A DNA stretch of 46,803 nt from Atractiella rhizophila (taxonomy: Eukaryota), in NCBI GenBank assembly GCA_021432655.1, contig MU271544.1, forward strand, positions 1 through 46,803, written 5' to 3'. The notes under the pieces were generated by a model. That model worked only from the letters and a program-made list of their open reading frames with translations. It was not told the origin of the DNA and ran no database searches. This document shows positions 12,275 to 24,306 of the stretch, piece by piece (position 1 is the stretch's first letter; each line of letters opens with the position of its first letter). Made by a program: the position numbers and the translations under genes.

Positions 12275-13495
12275 GTGACATCTGAAAGAGACGATCCGGG
12301 GCGGCCGTCGCTCCCATCTGATTTGATCCACCTCATCCTCAAGGGGATTTGGCTTGATGCGTTGGCTTGTTGGAAAGGACATTATGATGCAGTCTGCGAC
12401 TTCTGGCGGTTGAGGATGCTTTCCCGCACGTTTAGAGAAGAGGTTGTGCGATTGAGATGTCGTGTTATCACGGTACACTCTTACCGACAGCTTGAAAAGC
12501 TCATGCGCCGAAGCAACGCTCACCTCCATCCTTTCATTCGTATTGTCGAATTTCACATTGATTACGATCCTGAAACCTCTTCCTCTCCTTTCCTACCTAT
12601 CTTGACCTTTCAGTTCTCCTTGAAACCGATTGCAGATAACGTATGGAGGTGGATGTCTTCCTTGGTCTTTTTGGAAGAGTTGGAGTTTCATGGAGAGTTG
12701 CTCGAACTCGTTGTTCCACCCATTCGGGGTCTTCGCCGTCTACTTCTACGCCGATGGGGAGGTCTGCTCCCTCCACGGACACTACATAACATCGTCCCAC
12801 AATTGACTGATTTCAATTCGTTGGAGTCCCTAGAAATTGACGGATCGATCCATTGTTCCGACGATGCTTCTGCAACCCTTCAAGCCCCTTGCTCCGTACA
12901 AAGATTGTCTACAGGCCAGCATACTGCTGTTTCCAAAAGGAGCAAACCTCAAGGTACGATTAGGACAGTGCCGACTTTTTGTTCTTCACGAAACATCACC
13001 TCGCTTTCAACCCATGAGGCGAGCTGGAGTGTCAGAAAGCTGTATCGAGTGCTCGAGGTGCTAAAATCATCCTTGAACGAGCTTGCAGTTTTGTCCCTAC
13101 GTCGCCTAACACTTCCCGCTCTCCGTGCTCTTCGATGCCTCAAGTTGGATGGGAGATATCCTCACTCTCCCGAGTTCGCTACAATCGCCCCGCACTCAGA
13201 TTGTTGGTCTTCCCTCTCGGTCCTCAGCCTGACTCGCATTTCCATCCGTCAGCTTTCTGAAGAATACGTTCCAATTTACATCACACACTCGCTCACTCTA
13301 AAGGATTGTGTAATTAAGGTGCACGTCGCCGTCAGGTTATTAGAAGTAGAGCAAACAAAATTCCGTTTCGTCGCTTCCAACACGTATTCTTCACCTTCTC
13401 CATCGTACAAAGGACGCAGCAAAGAAAAAGTAGCTGTGTGGGATAGGCTGCGAGAGCAAGATGCAGAGTACGTTAGGCGAAAACAGACATTGTGA
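12275..13495 (+). CDS. Hypothetical F-box-like/LRR-like protein, tandem paralog 1
   Basis: 406-aa ORF with SLPSDLIHLIL F-box-like start and LxxLxL motifs; collinear with 14243-15451; a short upstream exon near 12099 is likely. Confidence 0.7.
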   Translation: MTSERDDPGRPSLPSDLIHLILKGIWLDALACWKGHYDAVCDFWRLRMLSRTFREEVVRLRCRVITVHSYRQLEKLMRRSNAHLHPFIRIVEFHIDYDPETSSSPFLPILTFQFSLKPIADNVWRWMSSLVFLEELEFHGELLELVVPPIRGLRRLLLRRWGGLLPPRTLHNIVPQLTDFNSLESLEIDGSIHCSDDASATLQAPCSVQRLSTGQHTAVSKRSKPQGTIRTVPTFCSSRNITSLSTHEASWSVRKLYRVLEVLKSSLNELAVLSLRRLTLPALRALRCLKLDGRYPHSPEFATIAPHSDCWSSLSVLSLTRISIRQLSEEYVPIYITHSLTLKDCVIKVHVAVRLLEVEQTKFRFVASNTYSSPSPSYKGRSKEKVAVWDRLREQDAEYVRRKQTL

Positions 13496-14242
13496 ATGAC
13501 TTTCATCAATGAGGTGCGTTGGGTACTCGCACAGCGATCAATGTACTTCTAGACTAACTTGTGACAACACGAGGAAGAGGGTCAAGTAGTTTGTTGCTGA
13601 TTTGTGATTTGTAACGATGTAATTTTAGTAGTGCGTCCTACTCACCTTTCCACCTTTATTCATCCTGATTTGTCAGTGAGCACTTGTCTTGATGAATGTT
13701 GGTATCTGCGCTATACAAAGACATTGTGGGGGAGACAACCCAAGTCACAGTATTATCTAGTTGAACGCAAATGCAACCAGTCCCATCAATACTGATGGAG
13801 AAACTTCAAGACCTGCAGGCAATCAACTGAGTACGAAGGCTTACTCAGTGAAAAATTTGTGAAGCGAATCGTCTGGGTCAGCGGAGTAAACTAGGTGTGG
13901 GTACCAGTGCCCGCATAATTAATCACCTGCACAAAGTCACTTAGTACGCATCTACGAGCCACTGGTGACTCGACAAGGGACTTGCTTGGTTAAATAGTAC
14001 CACTCGATCGTTATACTCTTCACTTAGAAGTCCACGTCGATGTATTGGCATTGAGCAATGTCAACTTTGTTTCAATACCGCAGATCTACTTTCCGGCCTC
14101 AGAACGGTGACAGTGCTCCTAAGCAAGCGAGTCTGGGCAAGTTTATTTGTGAGGCGTCATTCTTATGCCCTACTTCTTCTATCCAGAGCGAGACTGACGA
14201 CAGACCCCAGCTCTGAGGAAGAGGAAACCAGGAGTCAACAAC

Positions 14243-15451
14243 TTGGAAAAGCCGTCGCTCCCATCCGATTTGATCCACATCATTCTCAAGGGTATCTGGC
14301 TCGACGCGGTAGCACGCACAAGGGGAGACGCTGTTCACGAATTTTGGCAGTTAAGGACGATTTCTCGTGCGTTTAGAGAAGAGGTTGTCCGACTAAGGTG
14401 CCGCGAAATCACGGTGGGATCTTACGAACAACTCGAAAAGCTGATGTGTACTCAGCATGCTCATCTCCATCCTTTCATTTACAGTGTCAAATTTCAAATC
14501 GATCACAACGGTAGCATTTCGCCGCCACGCTACATGCCCATCTTGACCTTCCAATTTGCCTTTAGAGAACGATCGGACATGATATGGCAATGGATATCTT
14601 CCCTGTCAAATCTGGAAGAATTGGAGTTTCATGGCGACTTGCTCGAACTCGTGGTTCCACCCATTAACCATCTTCGCCGTCTGGTTCTATGCCGTAAGAA
14701 GGGTCTAGTTCCTCGGATAGCTATCCACAACATTGTCCCAAAGCTGGCTGATTTCTCTTCCCTGCAATGCCTAGAGGTCGATGGATCGATTGATTGTGCT
14801 GATGATGCTTCAGTAACTCTCCAAGTGCCTCCTTCCGTGAAGACGTTATCAATAGGACGGCGTGTCGTTCTGCCAGCATTGAAATCCGACATCATGATGA
14901 AGACAGTCCCTATTTTCTGTTTTTCACCACACATCACCTCGTTTTCGACCCACGAAACTGTTTGGCTTGTCGTGGCAGAACTTGAACGAGTACTTGAGGT
15001 GCTACAATCGTCTTTGACGGACCTTTCAGTCCTCGCCTTACATCGTCTCGTACTTCCCGCGCTCCCTGCGCTTCGATCCCTCACTTTGGAGGGGAAATAT
15101 TACACGACTGCCGAATTTTCAACCCTTGCACCCCGCTCAGATTGTTGGCGTTCCCTCTCAGTTCTTAATCTCACTCGCATTTGTATCAAACTGCCTTGTA
15201 GAGCACGGGAATCTGGCGGTCCTATTTTTATTACAAATTCCCTCACGCTCCGATGGTGTGCGATAAAGGTTCACCTGGCTATTGCTTTACTAGAAGTGGA
15301 GCAAACGAAGTACTGTTTCGCAGCTTTCAACGCGTATTCCTCTCCCCCGTACGAAGGATGTAGCGACCTCAAAGTCGCCCTATGGGACAAGATTCGAAGA
15401 CAAGATGCAGAGTGGGTGGAACAAAAGAAAACGCTGTTGTCAAGGGATTGA
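14243..15451 (+). CDS. Hypothetical F-box-like/LRR-like protein, tandem paralog 2
   Basis: 402-aa ORF aligning end to end with paralog 1 (PSLPSDLIH.ILKGIWLDA, FREEVVRLRCR, LEELEFHG.LLELVVPPI, LLEVEQTK). Confidence 0.7.
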   Translation: MEKPSLPSDLIHIILKGIWLDAVARTRGDAVHEFWQLRTISRAFREEVVRLRCREITVGSYEQLEKLMCTQHAHLHPFIYSVKFQIDHNGSISPPRYMPILTFQFAFRERSDMIWQWISSLSNLEELEFHGDLLELVVPPINHLRRLVLCRKKGLVPRIAIHNIVPKLADFSSLQCLEVDGSIDCADDASVTLQVPPSVKTLSIGRRVVLPALKSDIMMKTVPIFCFSPHITSFSTHETVWLVVAELERVLEVLQSSLTDLSVLALHRLVLPALPALRSLTLEGKYYTTAEFSTLAPRSDCWRSLSVLNLTRICIKLPCRARESGGPIFITNSLTLRWCAIKVHLAIALLEVEQTKYCFAAFNAYSSPPYEGCSDLKVALWDKIRRQDAEWVEQKKTLLSRD

Positions 15452-16222
15452 CTTTCCAAGTACATACTTCTTTTGGTGCTTCCATTATTTATCTGCCTTG
15501 ATGGGATCAAAGAGGTCGTGACAAAGTTTGGGTGGAAGCTGTTGGATTTCAGGTTTTGATGTCCTGCTCAGCTGGTGGTTGTTGGTGCTGTTCACGTTAT
15601 TCTAGTCTGGTCTCACGTCCTTTTCTCGACCAATGTCATTCTGCTCACATATAAAGTGCTCGTGGTCTCTCCAACATTGACCCAGTCATCACCATCGCCA
15701 TCACCACCGACGCCACAGCGAAACTCGAAAATCGTCGCAGACGCGCGCCGTCGATCGCTCCGTCTCTCCCACTCCCGCTCACTCCCACCATCGGACTCTC
15801 CCATCCGCTCTCTCGCTCGGTCACATCCATGTCGCTCCCACCTTCATTCCCTCCTTCAGCCGCCCACCTCACCTTCCTTCATCCACCAACAGATGCAAAG
15901 AAAGAGCAGGGCAGATGATATTAATCACCATGACAAAAGAAAAGAGGAAGAGAACATAACCCTCCATCCTCAGGTGACGCTCGAAATTGATTGTCGACGA
16001 TCTTGTAAACGAGATACGATTCAAACGTAGGATTTGCTTTGAGTACGACACAAAAAGGACCTGCACTGTTCAAATATATGCATGCCACTCCAATAACCCT
16101 TGCCACAACTTTGCATGACACCAATGTCCCAAGAAAACTAAACTGTTCAGTCATACCACCCGACTGGAGGAACGAGATCAGGTAGCCTGTGCTTAATGCC
16201 CTCCTATGTACAGCCAGGTCAG

Positions 16223-19200
16223 TCATTGGCTACGTGATATCAGTGAAGGCAAAAAACACACATCAGGGTCCCACTCTGGATCATCCGGGTTCACACCCTT
16301 GCTCTTCACCTCGTTCTGGAACTTCTCCACGATCTTGATCACCTCGAAGACGACAGCTTCATCCACAGGTACGTCTTTCGAGTTAGCCAATGCCTGCGCA
16401 GTTTGGAGGCAACGCTTGATGAGTCGACCGTTTAGATTGTGCTTCGCGAATTTCTCGAGGGATGCACCTGGGGTGAAACTTGGTGCTGGTGAGAGTAGCG
16501 CCGCGAATTTGGTCCATATCGAGAGGCGTTGCTCATAGCCCAAGTTGGGATACTTTAGGGCGATGGAGAAACGAGAAAAGAAGGCGGGGTCGAGGGAGGA
16601 AATACGATTCGTGGTCATGAACTGCAAAAGTCTCATTGTAAAGAGCTAGGTGAAGATGGGAGGTGGGGTACGAACCATGATGCCATCTTGATACTCTATC
16701 ATTCGCAGGAAAGTGGAGACTAGGCCATTCCTCGTAATGTTGTGCTTCGACCTTCTCTCGAGGAACACATCCGCTTCATCGAGTAAAACAATCTAGCAAT
16801 AACAGCCTTCAAATTCACTGGTCGGAAAGAGAGTAAAAAAAAGTTACAGCATTCCAGTCCTTGGCGACATCGAAGATATTCCTGAGGGCAGTCTCACAGC
16901 TCATCGAGTCCCAGCCCATCTCTCCGCTTCCCACGCAATACAGAGGGCGATGCAGAAGTTCTATGCCCCACGCAATCAGCTGAGTTCACCATTTATCTGG
17001 GGAAGCCTAACCGGAGCAGGCTTCGCAAGTCAGAGTCTTTCCCGTCCCCGGAGACCCTTCAAGGAGGATGACCACGCCTCCACTCTTCCCTTGTATCACG
17101 TCCGTTAGTACAAGAGAAGACTTGGCGGACTTGGGCGAGGTGATGAGCGCCTTAATGAGGTTCTTATATGTATCATCCAACACCCTATCCTTCAGATCAG
17201 TACCTCTACCATCCACACCGCAGTCAAAGGGACTACTAACAAATGATCGAAAGCCGCCTCCTCCCACTTAACAGGCCTAAAGCCCTCGATATCCATCTCC
17301 CCCCACTCCTTATACTTCAAACTAAAGCCATAAACGACTGGCGGGAGCAGATGGAATTCCTCCTCCTTCGGCGCCTTCACTTCCTCCTTCTTATCCGGAG
17401 TCCCACCAGCCCTTTGTTGAACTCCAAAAGGCAAGTTCCTAACAGCCATTTGTCGACGGGCCATACGCTGTTGTCGAGCGTGAGAGATAAAATTTGGCCT
17501 GGAGCCGTACGGATCGAACGGGTCGTCTTGGACGTAATTGTTATTCTGTATACCACTCGTCAGCGTGAGCGCCGCGCAGAGGGAGAGAAGGGAGCGTCGC
17601 ACCTCGAGGTTTACCCACCGATCGTAGTTGGGATTCATCTTCCTCCAACTCCTTACATCTATCATCGCCCTCCCATCCGCTCGCAGCTTGATCTTGACCG
17701 CTGGATTGTTGGGTGAGTGCTTTGCGATCGTTCCTGAATATTCAAGGTGATGAACGCCGGCGTAGGACACGTACTATACAAGGGAATCAGATCCTTAAAG
17801 AAGAAAGCAAGGAGGGAGATGGGGACATACCTTCCGCCCTCTTTCGGTGAGCGTCTTCCTCATGTCTTCGTTTAGGAGTATGACGGGCAGCGTCGAGATA
17901 TCTTTCAAGCCCTATCGACGCTCTGTCAGCATGTGACAAGAGACGAAAGCAGACAAGCACCTTATAATCCCTCACTGCCGACTGCAGCGGGATCCTACAG
18001 AACTCCTTCCCTGTGAACTCGAGATACTCGCCGTCAATCAAGAATTGCCTGTTCCCATTCCGATGTCAGGAATCATCATTTAGGCTTAATAAATGGAAGG
18101 CAGGAAGAGAGGAAGACGTACATTCCCTGTTGTGTGTTCTTATAATCCACCTCCAAGATTTCGAAAGCCATCTGTATTGCAACCTATCAGTCCTACAACC
18201 ACGCAACAATCCTCCAACCTTGGAGTACTACAAAGACATAGACAACAAAGGGAAATGGAGCTTACAGGATTCCCGAACTGAGGATCGAGGGTGACAACCT
18301 CCTTCCCAGGGGTAAACAACGTCCAAAGGAGCTTGAACGAGATCTGGCCCTTGGGCAACGAATCCAACTTCAACCTCGTAGTCACGAACGCCTCCTCTAT
18401 GATGAAATTGAGGAGCGTCTTCAGATGGGACAACTGCTGTTTCAACTTCTCAGGGTCCAACTGTCCCTCGGTCACTGTTCCCAGTTCACCCTTAATCATC
18501 TTTCACCAAGATGATTGAAATATAGATGAAAGGTGGACGAACTCAGTTCCGCCCATTCTTCCTTTAACGCGGTGAGCGTTGAATCCTCCTTCTTCTCATC
18601 TTCGTCTTCCTCCTCCTCGTCCTCCTCATCCTCATCCAGCTCCTGCGATCCCTCCCGTTCCTCCTCTGCATCGACATCGAAAGGCGGTTCCACCTTCTCT
18701 CCTTTCTCCAGCTTCTTCACGTCCTCCTCCTTCGAGGTGACGACGTCGGAGAGGGAGGAGTGAGCGAGGAAGAGCGTTTTGCCATCTACTGTCGGTGGGG
18801 TGTCGTAGAGCTCCTCAGTACGAGGGAGGTGCACACTTTCCATCACTTTCGTGAGTTCATGCGGAGGAGGAAATTGAGGATGGACTCACCGTAGACATTT
18901 AAGGAGCAGCGGAGACTTGATGTCGAATTCGAACATGCCCTCCTTGTCTGTTCCATCGTCAGTCAAATTAGTTTAGTTAGCACAGGAGAGGGGAACAGAG
19001 GAGAAGGAAGAGACTGACCATTCCGATCGCCCATCCTGTGTTTGGCGACGAATACGAGACCCTCCCTGTCAGCATAACCTTCGGAGAACATCATTCCCCT
19101 CTCTCCTAGGCACCCAGGTCCTCGCGCTCTGAGACCTGCAACCCATCATCAGCACATCCTCCTGTTCGCAAACAGAGGAAGACGAGAAAGGGAAGAAGGA

Positions 19201-19714
19201 AAACCGACCAAATCTGATTAACCCTCAAAAAAGCGCTATCCCCATCCCCCTTCCTCTCCTCGACTCCATCGTCCCTCTCCTTCCCACCCTTCCCATCCTT
19301 CTTCCCATCTTTCCCTCCGAATCCAGGGTACGCCCCATAAGCAGGGTCAAACGGGTTGCCACCCATTCCCATTCCCATTCCCATCCCCATCCCCATCCCC
19401 ATATACCCATTCCAATTCGATGGGACAAACTCGTTCCCCAGCCCAGCAGCGGCGGGGTACTGGTATCCGAGGAGGACGAGGAAGAAGACGCTTCCTTCGC
19501 ACCGGACGAACTGCTGTTTGGTGGTGGTGGCGCTGGTGGAGGCGGAGGTGAGGGCTTGGAGTTGGGAGAGGAGAGAGGGCGGGAGGGAGGACGAGTGTTT
19601 GAGGAGCAGGGTGAGGGCGTCGTTGAACTCTTCGTTTCCGTTTCCATTCCCTTCGTCCGTGCTCGTGGTTGCTGAGGTGGACTTGGTGGGTTGCGTGGGG
19701 ACTGGGTCGGCCAT
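16223..19714 (-). CDS. Fungal AAA+ ATPase, multi-exon
   Basis: GKSGGVVILLEGSPGTGKTLTCEA (Walker A), RPLYCVGSGEMG, LLDEADVFLERRS (Walker B), FLRMIEYQDG, TTNRI..DPAFFSRFSIALKY, LNGRLIK; N-terminal GM dipeptide run and acidic tract. Confidence 0.88.
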
Positions 19715-20868
19715 GTCGGTCGGTGTTGACGCTTCGACGTGGAATTAGACCAAGTTCAGACGTGCGAACTATGAAACTGAGAGTGGTTGGTGAGCGAGAT
19801 GAGGGTGGATTTATAGATGATGGAGCAGAGGATGACTTGCCACAGGATTCGGGAGTCCTAAATCGCAAGGGAAGACGCGACGCGCGAGTGAGGAGGCAAG
19901 TCAGAGACAATCTGAAATGACAAGTGACAAGTGCAAGTCAGGAGTTGTGACTGGTTTGGTTGGGATTAGCAGATGAATTGATTTGGGCAACGACGCACGC
20001 GAATTGGCAATAAGTGAGGCACTTCTTCGACTGAGTGAGAGGAGAATGGCACCTTGGGTTGGGACGAGCAAGAGTCGATAACTGAAACGCTAAGGCAGGG
20101 AATTCTGGAGGATGTGAAGGCTGTGGAACTTGAGGACGCGCAGCGACGCGACATACCTTGCAGACGCGTTTGTGAGTCATTCTTCCGTTCTCAGGAAGAG
20201 AAAGCTCAGAGGGAGTATGTTAGTGAAAGGGAACATATACTACTAGTAGCAGCGCGTTTAACACAGATGCAGTGAACGGCGGTGAGATTGAGGTGCGCCT
20301 CCACCTTGTTATTGGGTCTCCATTGCGATGAGAGTATGGATCCGCACGTTCAATATTCGTACAGGGACGTTGAAGAGAGACGAGGGGAAGGAGCCCTCTC
20401 GTTGTTTTGTTTTCACGCTCATATGAGCTTTCCAAAGCGGTAGTGATAGATGTGAACCATTATATTTCCTTTAGAGACTCCATACCATACTTAGGAAAGA
20501 GCCGATTTATTGTTGAAGGAGAAGATTAACAATCGAGTCTTTTTGTTTTCAAACGGATTCAAACAAAGATTTGGTCCCATTGCAACTGAGAGAAAGATCT
20601 ACCTGGCCCCTTCCCCTATGCTTCAGTAGGTGCCCGTCCATCAACAGGAGGTTCGAAAAGCATACTACATATGTGAGCAAGGACCGCAGCAAAGACAGCA
20701 AACACTATTTCGTTTGGGATGGTGTAGTGTACCTCGATGATGTAGCCATGTTCAGTCGTATCCTATCCCGTTGAACTTGGACGACGGAATGCGGCAGCAA
20801 CCAGACTTACTACGAATCTCGTTAACCTCCATTGGGGGGCGTCGGTAGATGCTTCCATGTCTGGTGCG
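19674..20868 (+). repeat. ~1.2-kb segment (AAA ATPase promoter + first codons), copy 1
   Basis: Matches the reversed reading of 29738->28592 over its whole length, with scattered substitutions and indels. Confidence 0.85.
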
Positions 20869-20940
20869 GGGGGTAGAAATCAGCAGTTGGGAGATGTTAG
20901 AACTTGCACGTCCGTCATCCTCCTTACCCTTTTATATCCT

Positions 20941-20990
20941 CTCTGTCGCGCGAAACTCTGTCGCGCGAAACTCTGTCACGCGAAACTCTG
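20941..20990 (+). repeat. 3 x 15-bp tandem repeat CTCTGTC(G/A)CGCGAAA
   Basis: Direct reading. Confidence 0.85.
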
Positions 20991-21156
20991 TTCTCTCGGG
21001 CGAAAGAAATCATATCACCCTTCTTTCGCCCGACAGACACACTGGACAGCTTCTTACGAAAGCAATGACAAAGTCTCGTATGGGACCGCGAATGATCAGT
21101 TGAGGTGGACCTTCTTCTAGTTCAAGTCTACTTTCAAACGGACATTCTTGAGTAGG

Positions 21157-21256
21157 ACGGGTACACCCGTGAGCGGCATTAGGGTCATCTGCTATTAGCA
21201 CGGGTTCACCCGTGAGCAGAATCAGTTTCATCTGTGAGCAGCACGGGTCCACCCGC
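21157..21256. repeat. Three spaced hairpin motifs ACGGGTNCACCCG(T/C)G
   Basis: Copies at ~21157, ~21200 and ~21243. Confidence 0.75.
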
Positions 21257-21984
21257 GATTGGTAGGGGCCGCAAACCTCTGGGTTGAAGTCCCAAGGCTA
21301 GAAGTTTGGTGCCCAGGCATGCTTTGTGCCTCCCAACAATTCGCCAAGCCTTTAACAGTGTCTTCTTCCATCTTCATGGCACCTATCTTAAGAATGACAT
21401 GAGCGAATGCTTAGAAACTCGGCAAAATGTTGAAAAGCAAACGTGAGGAAAGCAGCTCTGAGCTGATGTGGTCCTTGAGTTCCACAGGAACTTGCACCCT
21501 TTCACCCGTCAATACGGGTGCTTCAATTTGTCATTCACTAGAAGGAGAGATGGTTCTGAGGGAAGGGAGATTGCAGAAATTTAATGAACTTTGGACCTGA
21601 TGGAGGATGCATATTGTCTTTGAAATGCTGCACGATACGATGTTCGGATGCTCGGTAGCTTGTAGATATGGAAGAATTATGTGGTTCTCCTGTATCCGCT
21701 AGTTCCATCGCAAAACAGCGCATCTTACCATGTCCTTTAGCGTCTATTATCAAAAATCTAAATTGAAAGAGCGTGAGAGCCCGGATGCAGCACAGACTAC
21801 CAACTCCATTTCTTCAAGGACAGCCTCACGTTTCCCATATGGAGTAGTCAAGTTCAAGGTCGTCCTATGGGACTTTGAGAGCTTCGTGACGTTTCATACC
21901 CTTTTATAAAGCGGTAGATTTTCACCATTTTATTTCCTTCACAGACTGACATGAGATGGTCTATTGCATTAAGAAAGAAAGAGA

Positions 21985-22884
21985 TCAATAATAGGGTTTG
22001 AAGGCGATTTTCAATGGACAAAGATGGTGCTCCATTTCAATTGAGGCAAGGCCGTAAGTGCGCCGTATCGTATCCTTCAGTTTCCGCTGAGCATACGAGC
22101 AAGCAATCCAGCGAGGATCTGATTGAGGTGAGGGGTTCGACTGTAAGAGCACCTTCCAATTTAGGTGACCGGGTCTTGTGGCCACTTTCTCCTGTCGAGC
22201 TTCAACTAAGTCGAAGGTGCCACATCTGTGATAAAAATCTTTGGCACTTCTCGGCTGCACTTCAGCATTATTTGGAGGAAGTCTCTCTGATACCTCTGAT
22301 ATGTCCTACTCATCCCTGATTGTGAATCATCCGTTAAATATCAGCCGGAAGCATGACGGGGTCGAAAGCTGCATCAATGTCGGGGCCGTAAAACCGACAA
22401 GTCCATTGCTCCCACATTCTATCAGCGACATCGTTGGATCGAGAAACCTGGACATGTTTCGGCTTGTCCGTCACCACAGGGAACAGGCGGCTGCCGAGAT
22501 CTCCCCATTGTTTCGATGGGGAGATGAGGTGCAGGAGTTCCAAGGACTCTAGACCCGATGTGGGGAGGGAAATTGTCGTTAAAATATTGCACAACTCGAC
22601 AATGAGCAGTCGGAGATGAGGCAGCTGTAGATGCGAGAGAAAAGTGTATGCTTCTCCCTTTATTGCGCCACGAATGCATAGGAGCGACAGGGATTGACAC
22701 TGATTGATGAGTTTGGACAAGGAGAGAGGAGTCTGATCACCGTAGAATTTGCGCTGCCAATCGTAGAAGCGAAGATTTAGAGAGGTAAGGTTACCGTGTA
22801 ACAAGATAGACAGGAATTCTGAGGAACTTGGGGGGTCGATGATGGTGTTGTCGGCTTGTGAATAAGAAATGGCTTGGAAGCTTA
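21985..22884 (-). pseudogene. Fragmented LRR/F-box-like hypothetical gene
   Basis: ORF 22334-22804 (LTSLNL, LQLPHLRLLIV, LESLELLHL) plus the downstream piece 21985-22260; a paralogous fragment lies at 31345-31590. Confidence 0.45.
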
Positions 22885-23970
22885 AAGCGAAACGAGCAGA
22901 ATAATGTTCTTCCGTAAGAAGTGCTTTAAACGTTTATGTATTGGTGTTTTGGTTTCAGATGCTATCTTCTAGAGTACGAGCAGCACACGGTAACGAAACC
23001 AGCACAGCTCAAAGCTTTTTTAAGAGGGATGGAGTACGTTCTCTCCTAGTTCTTATGTAGCAGACAGCATCATGAGGGAAGGGACGGTGTTTTTCCGTCA
23101 GTTACAGAATTTTGTAGTGTTACGAGAATAGCAGCTGTAAAAGTTCCCAATGCGTTAGTGGACACGTAGGATACGGTAAAGACAACCACAGATTGACTGG
23201 CGGACCACATCTAAGCGTTGTCGTGCGTCTTAGGGAAGGTCGACTTTGGACGGAAGGAGAGTCAGCTAACAGAAAGGGTTGCCTGTGTGGGCTAACAAGA
23301 GGGAAGTAGTTAGTTTACTTCTTGTCTAGATATGGAGAGGCGTGAGCTAGGCAAAAACGACCAGTTAGTCCCGTGTGGCTGCTGAAGGTGTTGCGGTGAT
23401 AGTTCCTCAACCATCTTTCACAAGCGCTTCCCCAAGTGGACTTGTTCGTACGGCAAGGTTGGAAACTGTACAAGTGCCGGTTTCTGCTTCTGTAACGTAA
23501 CTTACGAATGCGTAAGCTAAAGAAATTCACTCAAGGAGGAAGACGGAGATGAGGTTCCTGATTGGTATGTAAGACTTTACTTTCTGTACCAAGCCATGGG
23601 CTAAATAACTTTCCCTTGCCCTATTTCTCCCCTTTACAAACCATAGAGGAAGTTTTTGGACAGCGAAACGTAAGCGTTGACGGTTCCTCCGTTAGACCTT
23701 ACACGAGCACCTCCGTCGTTTCTTCGCACCACATCGTCTACTTTCGCTACTCCCGCAGTACCTCGAGGTCTTGCTCGACCTCCGTCTCCCTCTTCGCTTT
23801 CTCCTATAGTACCTCTCTGGTCGTAGGCAGTTTCACACGGTAAGGGAGAATGCAGGACTACTCGTTAGGCGACTTACCTAGCACTCGTCGTTCCACTAAC
23901 CTTATATATGCACCGTTAGAGGAATGAATTCGTTCTCAAGCTGCTCTTCAAAGCGTTTTAAACCCGTATT
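22885..23970. CDS. 3' part of a DDX60-like DEAD/DEAH-box helicase (readable as the plain complement, left to right)
   Basis: FALLVLLQEGILHEICK...LMLVVCHCFGR...SVVVLPSLP...RSVFAGQSGHTDDF...LNAYAFDFFKHG...NGIKRGNVWYLLQ...EFDEKFRKIWA*; three GT-AG introns. Confidence 0.8.
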
Positions 23971-24306
23971 TCATCGTTTTGCCCGACGTTCAAGGGTTGT
24001 TCATCCGTTAGTCTTTTAAGATCCAACAGGAGGAAAAGGAGGGTCAGTCGATCCGCAATAGCACGGTAAGTAAAACAACAAGGTCCGTTCAACTATAAGT
24101 ACAGTAAGAGTTTTGCTCCTACAAGTCCAATAAGTGTCGTGTGCTCTCACTCCTCTCTCAATATTCTAGACCAAAGTGTAGTAAACAAAGAAGTATATTT
24201 ACTGTTACCGTTCAATCATTCACAAAACTGTAGGAAAAGGGGTTGTGTGGGAGGTAAGCTAGCTCGTTCAATGTAAGCAGCGCGTAGCAGTACTGCATCT
24301 AGGAGA

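Noticed and set aside
15575..16066. Overlapping short ORFs between paralog 2 and the AAA gene
   Set aside because: Low complexity, no motifs and no consistent splice model
19362..19402. CCCAT(T/C) hexamer microsatellite as a separate element
   Set aside because: It encodes the GM dipeptide run in the AAA ATPase N-terminus
798..23970. A coordinated immunity gene cluster (NLR, F-box-like, AAA, DDX60-like)
   Set aside because: Interspersed with housekeeping genes; no shared regulatory or synteny evidence is visible in the window
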